IMG/VR virus record: IMGVR_UViG_3300023174_000040
Location: 1-64,000 of that record
Direction: 5' to 3' (one strand)
DNA: 64,000 nt
The notes beneath the pieces were generated by a model. That model was not told the origin of the DNA and made no database searches. It saw only the letters and a program-made list of their open reading frames with translations. Every line of letters starts with the position of its first letter. Within the stretch, counting starts at the first letter, position 1. Both the position numbers and the translations under genes were made by a program. Below are positions 57,850 through 64,000 of the stretch, piece after piece.

Positions 57850-60800
57850 AAAAATATACCATAGTTTTAAAAAACATTTCCGAAAAAGAACAATTTCAAT
57901 CTGAGCTGAGAGGGGTTTCATCACTAGAGTATATCCCCAATAGAGAGTGTAATATCGAAAATATTGAATATTCAAGATGTTTACTTTCGGAATTAACTGA
58001 TGAGGAGGCTGTTCTATTAAAGAACGATAATAGAGTTAGTGCTATAAAAATGACAGCACCAACTATTTTAAAACCAGCTGTATTTACTTCCGAAAGTCTA
58101 TTGCCATCAAAAATATTATTTAAATCACAATCAAATACAGATAATATTAAAATACAATCACTATCTCAGCAAGCAAATATAGAAAATATTCCTGATGGTA
58201 ATGGTGTTGACGTTGTTATTGTGGATGGAATAATTACAGGAAAATCAAGAAATGAAAGTTTGATTTTTGATGACGAGGACATACACCCAGAATTATTGGA
58301 TATAAACGGTAATTCTAGAGTAGAATTGATAAATTGGAATGCATATGTTAATAAACCAAGGTCATATCCATATAAAGCTATTTTAGAATTTCCTCCTGAA
58401 AAAGATAATAATCTTCATGGACTACACGTTGCCGGAACAGCATGTGGTGCAACATTAGGGTGGGCAAAAAATAGTAAAATATATAATATTTCTCCTTATG
58501 CAGGCCCACTTGGTTATCAATACCTATCAGCCGTAACAAATTGGCATTTATCAAAAGGAAATTCTAGGCCAACAATTACCAATCATAGCTATGGTGTTAG
58601 TTATCCTCTTTATGAGGCTAGATATATTACTAAAATTATAGCTGGCGGGGTGGAATACATTGCCCCAAGAGAAACAGAACAAGCTGTAGCGGAGGCTGTG
58701 ATCAACCAAAATGGTCAAATTGAATCATTTAATATTATTAATTCGGGTGCTGGTTATACTAATAATCCGGACATATCATATAATGGTGGTGGTGGAGATG
58801 AAGCCGCAATAATAATGGCTAGTGGAACAGTAAAAGAGATAACAGTTACTAATATAGGATCTGGATACAATCAAAATAGCCCACCAAATATTATATTTTC
58901 TCAGCCCTTGGCAGGAGTAGCAGCATCTGGAACGTGTACGGTTAACTCTAATGGGAATATCGATAGTATTAAAATAACAGAATGGGGTAGTGGATACGAT
59001 CAGCCACCAACTATAACTTTTGATGACCCTGCTTCTGGGACAACAGCAACAGCAACAGCAATAATTGGCTCTAATTTTATTAAATCCATACAAATACTAA
59101 ATAGTGCTCCTGGCTTTGGGAGAAATGGCACTAAAATATATGCTGATCCTCCGTTTATTATATTCAGCGGAGGAAATTGTATTAAAGATGCATTGTGGAC
59201 AATTTCAAATGATAATGGAGAATATAATACTTATTGTGGGCTAGGCGAACCAAACGACTATTCGAGGATTGTTACTGGTCTATATGTTATAGCTACAAAA
59301 AAGACTAATATTGATTCAATTAGTTTTAAATATACTTTACTAGGAGGGGAATATGGTTCGGTACCGAATGTGTCGTTTAGATACCAAGGCCCTTCCTTGG
59401 AGGGAACGTCGGGTCCAATAGCCAGGACAACAGTAGATGAAGGTCAAGTTTCTAGCATAATACCATCATGGTCGGAGGATGTCTCGGTGAACGACTCATC
59501 TTACGGATGGTTTACTTCTCCACCACAAATTTATATAACAAATGGTGGTGGATTTAGTGAAGAAGTTTTAGATAATTGGGGAATCCTTCTTTATAAGGTA
59601 TCAATTCCAGGCAATCCAGCAGCGGGGTTATTTTTTCCTACTTATATTTACCCGGCTCCTGCCAGAGACATAGTTATGGATTCATTACTAGAGGATATGA
59701 TAGAGGCGGGTGTTGTAGTTGTTGCAGCTGCGGGGAATAGTTTCTATGATATACGAATTCCTACCTCTGGTAATTATGATTTAACCATAGAGGCAAATTT
59801 ATGCAATCTACAAAAATCAAATCCATCAATTCCATATGACGACAGCATAACAGAAGATATTATAACCCCAGGAGGCAATTATACTGCTCTGTATCGTGGA
59901 CAGTTGTGGGGGGATAATATCTATGATTTTTTTCCATTTCAAGGAAGCAGTCCAGGATCAGCTAGTGGAGTCATTACTGTTGGTTCTATGTCTTATGAAT
60001 GCTGTCCTGAGATTAAATCTTTATTTAGCAATTCAGGAAAAAGAATAGACATATATGCTCCTGGCGGTCAAATCTTATCATCAGCTTTTTTTAATGCTGA
60101 GTCATTTGGTGGCAGTTTTTTTTGCGATCATCCAAAGGATAATAGATTTGGTATGTCAAAATTAAGCGGAACAAGTATGGCTAGTCCTCAAGTTTGTGGA
60201 GCAATAGCCAGCTATTTAACAGAAGGCAACATACAGAGATCAGAGAATATAGTAGAGCAAGCCACGCAATGGATCAAAGATAATGGTATACCAACATTAT
60301 CTAACGGAGCTTTTCCATATAATCTTCATGACGGGACAAATAAAATTTTGTATTTTCCCAACATTATAGTAAATGTTTCAACAACTGCGATTGCTCCAAC
60401 GTTAACACCTACTTCTACACCAACCCCCACACCAACCAATCAAGATGTTCCTACGACTTTGCCTCCATATCCAACTAATACTCCAACTTTAACAAATACT
60501 CCAACTTTAACAAATACACCAACTCTAACAAATACACCAACTCTAACATCACCAGAGCCAATGCTAGTTACCGATGGATTGGTATTGCACTATGACTTCA
60601 GCAATCCACTCAGTTATTCCGGAAATGGCTCCAATATAGTTGATTTATCAAATTCCAACAATAATGGAACCCTTATAAATAATTATGCTGCGGCTATATC
60701 TTGGGTTAATGATGGTGACAAAAGTTATTTTAATTGGTCAACAAATGATGGTGGAAGTGGGAGTAACTCATTTGGAGGTTGTATACAAACAACCTCAACT

Positions 60801-62696
60801 AATACCTATAAAGATTTTACCATTGTATTTCAACCGGATTTTAGCACCTCTGGAATAGTAGGTCTATTTTGTATTCCAAATGATAAAAGTTTAAGATTTT
60901 ATAATGGAAATACTTGGGTGATACCAAATCCCGGTAACGGTGATGATTGGGCAGGATCACCAACAACATATTATGTAAACGGGCAAGTGAGCAATACAAT
61001 GCTATCTGGATGGAATATTTTTGGCGGAGCAAAGAACAATAACAATCCAGCTTTCCCCGACAATGCCAGGCTATATATTGGCACAAGCGGTTATCAAGAC
61101 CGTCATATGCAAGGTAAGATTGCTGTGGTATTGATGTATAATAGAGTTTTAACACATCAAGAGCAAATACAAAACTATAATTTCTTAAAAACAAGATTCG
61201 ATCAGATCTCAAATCCGACTCCCACACCAACCAATACACCAACACCTACACCAACGCAGACGCCCGAAAATGGAAATCCATATAAATTTGATCAACCTAA
61301 AATTTTTGATATTATCCCAATAAACACCACGAGTTTAGATAAAAATGTGGCTTCAACAGGAAGAGAACCAGTAAAAATAGAAGATAATTATAAAATATAC
61401 ATATTTGAAAAATTAAATAATTATAAAGCTGATTCAGGAGGGGGACATACTTCCGTTCAATCTACAATATTCTTTTTATCTGTAAAAGGACATAATATAA
61501 GAGGTCCATTAACTATTGATTTCTGTTCTGGAGATGGAGATGAAGACAATAATTTATTTGAGATAAGCGGTCCTTATTATAATGACTTTTCATACACCGG
61601 ATCTACTGTTGCAATACTTGTCAAAGAGGATTTGATTTACGAAAATAAATCCGAATATAATATAAGAATTAGAGCTGGTTCTTGTGGTTGGGACGAATGT
61701 TATTCTTTTGAAAAATTATTTAAAATAATTTTAGTAAAAGTCAATCCAGAAAACATTGAACTTAAAACTGATATGGTTATATTTTTAGATAATCCTTGGA
61801 GGGATAATAGACTTCCTTTGTCCTCAAATCTGTATACAGTCTTTAATTATGAAAATTCAATTAAAAAAATTGATGCTTATTCTAATATAGAGTTTGCCTC
61901 CGGTGTTGGCGATGATGATAATTATAGATTCTTGCTTAGTAAAGGAACATTCACAGACTATGTTAGTGGCTTGTCCAATATTTGGTGTAATTGTTATACC
62001 AGTTGTTATACTCTCATATGTTATAACACAGAAGGTTTATCAGATGGAGATGTAATAAGCATAAGAATTAAATTATATAATCAGGACAGAACTTATGGTA
62101 ATTCTTACGCAAGCAGTTGTGATTCTTTTTTACAATATTCTACTTTATTAAGCCCAACACAGCCAAGAGCAGAGTATGTAGAAAAGATACTAAATATTCC
62201 TGTTTATCAATCAACAAGCATACCCAGAACAGACAGTGTGACAGACTTTAGTTTAGTTGCTAATACTTTAGATGCGTCATATCCAGAATATTTATATTTG
62301 TGGATTATTCATCCAAAAGAATATATGTTTTTAGATGAAAATATATATATTAGAATAGAATATACAAAAAACAATGGTTTAAATTGGAATTTTTTAATTG
62401 ACGCCTATTCTTCTGGGGGATGGCACAGCTTCATCAACTATGGTTGGGTATTTTTTGATTTAAAATCACAAATATTTTATACTCAATATGAACGTGCATC
62501 ATCACAGGAAAATCATAATTCTCCAATAAGTTATTGTGATACTGTTCAGTTTAGATGCGCCACAGTAGACAAAAGTGGAGAGGTCGAATCTTTATCTAAT
62601 TGGACTTATTCAAATGTTTTTTCTACTTTAAGCCGTTTTGGAGAAGACTGTTCCAATCAAGTTGAATCTAAAAGCCTATACATCTCTTTTGACTAA
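57846..62696 (+). CDS. S8 subtilisin-like protease with internal insert, Thr/Pro linkers, LamG and cadherin-like domains (start revised to 57846)
   Basis: [28 protein letters not shown]; [12 protein letters not shown] LamG-type start; ATGA overlap. Confidence 0.9.
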   Translation: MKKYTIVLKNISEKEQFQSELRGVSSLEYIPNRECNIENIEYSRCLLSELTDEEAVLLKNDNRVSAIKMTAPTILKPAVFTSESLLPSKILFKSQSNTDNIKIQSLSQQANIENIPDGNGVDVVIVDGIITGKSRNESLIFDDEDIHPELLDINGNSRVELINWNAYVNKPRSYPYKAILEFPPEKDNNLHGLHVAGTACGATLGWAKNSKIYNISPYAGPLGYQYLSAVTNWHLSKGNSRPTITNHSYGVSYPLYEARYITKIIAGGVEYIAPRETEQAVAEAVINQNGQIESFNIINSGAGYTNNPDISYNGGGGDEAAIIMASGTVKEITVTNIGSGYNQNSPPNIIFSQPLAGVAASGTCTVNSNGNIDSIKITEWGSGYDQPPTITFDDPASGTTATATAIIGSNFIKSIQILNSAPGFGRNGTKIYADPPFIIFSGGNCIKDALWTISNDNGEYNTYCGLGEPNDYSRIVTGLYVIATKKTNIDSISFKYTLLGGEYGSVPNVSFRYQGPSLEGTSGPIARTTVDEGQVSSIIPSWSEDVSVNDSSYGWFTSPPQIYITNGGGFSEEVLDNWGILLYKVSIPGNPAAGLFFPTYIYPAPARDIVMDSLLEDMIEAGVVVVAAAGNSFYDIRIPTSGNYDLTIEANLCNLQKSNPSIPYDDSITEDIITPGGNYTALYRGQLWGDNIYDFFPFQGSSPGSASGVITVGSMSYECCPEIKSLFSNSGKRIDIYAPGGQILSSAFFNAESFGGSFFCDHPKDNRFGMSKLSGTSMASPQVCGAIASYLTEGNIQRSENIVEQATQWIKDNGIPTLSNGAFPYNLHDGTNKILYFPNIIVNVSTTAIAPTLTPTSTPTPTPTNQDVPTTLPPYPTNTPTLTNTPTLTNTPTLTNTPTLTSPEPMLVTDGLVLHYDFSNPLSYSGNGSNIVDLSNSNNNGTLINNYAAAISWVNDGDKSYFNWSTNDGGSGSNSFGGCIQTTSTNTYKDFTIVFQPDFSTSGIVGLFCIPNDKSLRFYNGNTWVIPNPGNGDDWAGSPTTYYVNGQVSNTMLSGWNIFGGAKNNNNPAFPDNARLYIGTSGYQDRHMQGKIAVVLMYNRVLTHQEQIQNYNFLKTRFDQISNPTPTPTNTPTPTPTQTPENGNPYKFDQPKIFDIIPINTTSLDKNVASTGREPVKIEDNYKIYIFEKLNNYKADSGGGHTSVQSTIFFLSVKGHNIRGPLTIDFCSGDGDEDNNLFEISGPYYNDFSYTGSTVAILVKEDLIYENKSEYNIRIRAGSCGWDECYSFEKLFKIILVKVNPENIELKTDMVIFLDNPWRDNRLPLSSNLYTVFNYENSIKKIDAYSNIEFASGVGDDDNYRFLLSKGTFTDYVSGLSNIWCNCYTSCYTLICYNTEGLSDGDVISIRIKLYNQDRTYGNSYASSCDSFLQYSTLLSPTQPRAEYVEKILNIPVYQSTSIPRTDSVTDFSLVANTLDASYPEYLYLWIIHPKEYMFLDENIYIRIEYTKNNGLNWNFLIDAYSSGGWHSFINYGWVFFDLKSQIFYTQYERASSQENHNSPISYCDTVQFRCATVDKSGEVESLSNWTYSNVFSTLSRFGEDCSNQVESKSLYISFD

Positions 62697-62705
62697 GGAT
62701 TTTTT

Positions 62706-64000
62706 ATGAATTTTGATCATTATGTTAAAAATTTATTTTTATTAAAAAAAGACGAAAATATAAAAAGTATTTCTGTTGGAGTAAAAACCATCTCTGGACA
62801 ACCGTCCGAAGAAGAAGCAATAGTTTATTTTGTTGAAAAAAAAATTGATGAAAAAAAAATAGATCCTGATAAAATAATTCCAAAAACTTTAAAAATTAAT
62901 GGCAAACAATATAAAACAGATGTTGTAGAAGGTAATTTTGAACTTATTGATTGTTATGCCTATAGCGATACTCAAAAACAATCTAATTATCTATGGTGTA
63001 CTGATTGTGAAAATCCTCCAGAATCTATACGTGCTCATAGAAAAAAAACAAGACCTTTAATAGGTGGAATTAGTATTGGAAATTCAACAATAGCAGGCGT
63101 AGGTTCAAATCTAACGGCTGGTGGTTATGGTTCTGCTGGTACATTAGGTTTAATTGCTATAGATAAAAGAGATGGCTGTGCAGTTGGAATAACTTGTGCC
63201 CACGTAGTTTGTTCTGATTATTTAATATCTAACGAAAAAAATAATGTAAATAATACAGCTGAACAAATTATTAATCAGCCAGCTTATTTTGACTGTCCTG
63301 GTGATATTTGCTCTGATACAGCTATTGGAAAAATAAAAAGACATTCCATAGCAAGTGCAAATCCAGATTATGAAAACTATATTGATTGTGCTTTAGTTTC
63401 AATAAATAATGGTTTATTAGATGAATCTTCTTTCGGTCAATTAGGATTTTCTTCACAAGAGTTAGATTGGGCCACAGAAGCAGAATGTAATAGTTTAATT
63501 ACCTCAAATATAAAATTATATAAAAGTGGTAGAACTACAGGCGCTATAGGAGGTGATGATTGTCCTATAGTTCCTTTTGCATTAAATGCATCATTAACGA
63601 CAGTAGCCCCTGCACAATATAAATATCCTAGTATTCTTTATCAGGGAGGTATAATTTTTAGGTATGCAGCAAATTCACCAGTGCCCGACCGCTGGGGCCA
63701 ACCGATGCCGAAAGAAGGGGTTGCAGTTGGGGGAGACTCTGGATCTGCTTTGATTGGGGATTTTAATGGAGTAAAAAAAATAGTCGGCATAATTTATGCG
63801 GCAGGCTCACAATATGATTATCAAGCAAATTTGAAAGTGGGTGTTTATGGCATAGCGTATCCAATATATAAACTGGCAGAAATTATGAATGTGGAACCAC
63901 TATCACAAACTCCTGGTAGAAATACTATAAATTATAGTAATTCAGAAAATTGGACATATAAAACTTTTGATTCTGATGAACCTTTTATTATTTTTGAAGG
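62706..64000 (+). CDS. second trypsin-like (S1/Nal1-like) serine protease; 3' end runs off the window (absent from the ORF track)
   Basis: MNFDHYVKN...; AGTLG, TCAHVV, IDCALV, SGRTTG, GGDSGSAL. Confidence 0.88.
   Translation, partial: MNFDHYVKNLFLLKKDENIKSISVGVKTISGQPSEEEAIVYFVEKKIDEKKIDPDKIIPKTLKINGKQYKTDVVEGNFELIDCYAYSDTQKQSNYLWCTDCENPPESIRAHRKKTRPLIGGISIGNSTIAGVGSNLTAGGYGSAGTLGLIAIDKRDGCAVGITCAHVVCSDYLISNEKNNVNNTAEQIINQPAYFDCPGDICSDTAIGKIKRHSIASANPDYENYIDCALVSINNGLLDESSFGQLGFSSQELDWATEAECNSLITSNIKLYKSGRTTGAIGGDDCPIVPFALNASLTTVAPAQYKYPSILYQGGIIFRYAANSPVPDRWGQPMPKEGVAVGGDSGSALIGDFNGVKKIVGIIYAAGSQYDYQANLKVGVYGIAYPIYKLAEIMNVEPLSQTPGRNTINYSNSENWTYKTFDSDEPFIIFE

Noticed and set aside
1-64000. 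Stop-codon reassignment
   Set aside because: Long ORFs are intact in code 11, and TAA, TAG and TGA all end well-supported genes.
1-64000. Eukaryotic giant virus origin suggested by mucin-like and RCC1 proteins
   Set aside because: SD sequences, sigma70 promoters, intrinsic terminators, coupled operons and csrA indicate a bacteriophage.

Overview
AT-rich, gene-dense window of a large lytic bacteriophage with T4-like or jumbo-type gene content. SD sites, TTGACA/TATAAT promoters, intrinsic terminators and csrA argue for a phage rather than a eukaryotic virus. Several genes resemble Planctomycetota families, which suggests that host (inference). Both ends (1-28 kb, 56.7-64 kb) encode large modular proteins without signal peptides. 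These join RCC1, Asp-box, LamG, FN3, cadherin-like and Cys-rich modules, plus S1, M43 and S8 proteases, through Thr/Pro mucin-like linkers. Glycan-modifying genes are scattered through the window: GT47, a fucosyltransferase-like/GT2 fusion, other putative glycosyltransferases, an Stf0-like sulfotransferase and a methyltransferase. The middle holds early/middle genes: AAA ATPases with a VWA partner, RuvB-like helicase, DNA and RNA ligases, UvsE, a deaminase, a kinase and putative nucleoid/transcription proteins. The most notable unexplained signals are: (1) a 17-bp motif TTTC-Y5-GGTACGGT seen 8 times, always intergenic and on the + strand; (2) a 27-codon MqnC/CofH-like host-gene fragment in frame inside a phage ORF; (3) an ATATATAA-N3/4-ATG leaderless late-type signal that co-occurs with T4 capsid-targeting-like N-termini; (4) a possible glycosylated, protease-bearing virion coat system. 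No tRNA, rRNA, CRISPR array, integrase or reverse transcriptase was seen. All family assignments come from motif recognition by eye, not database searches.
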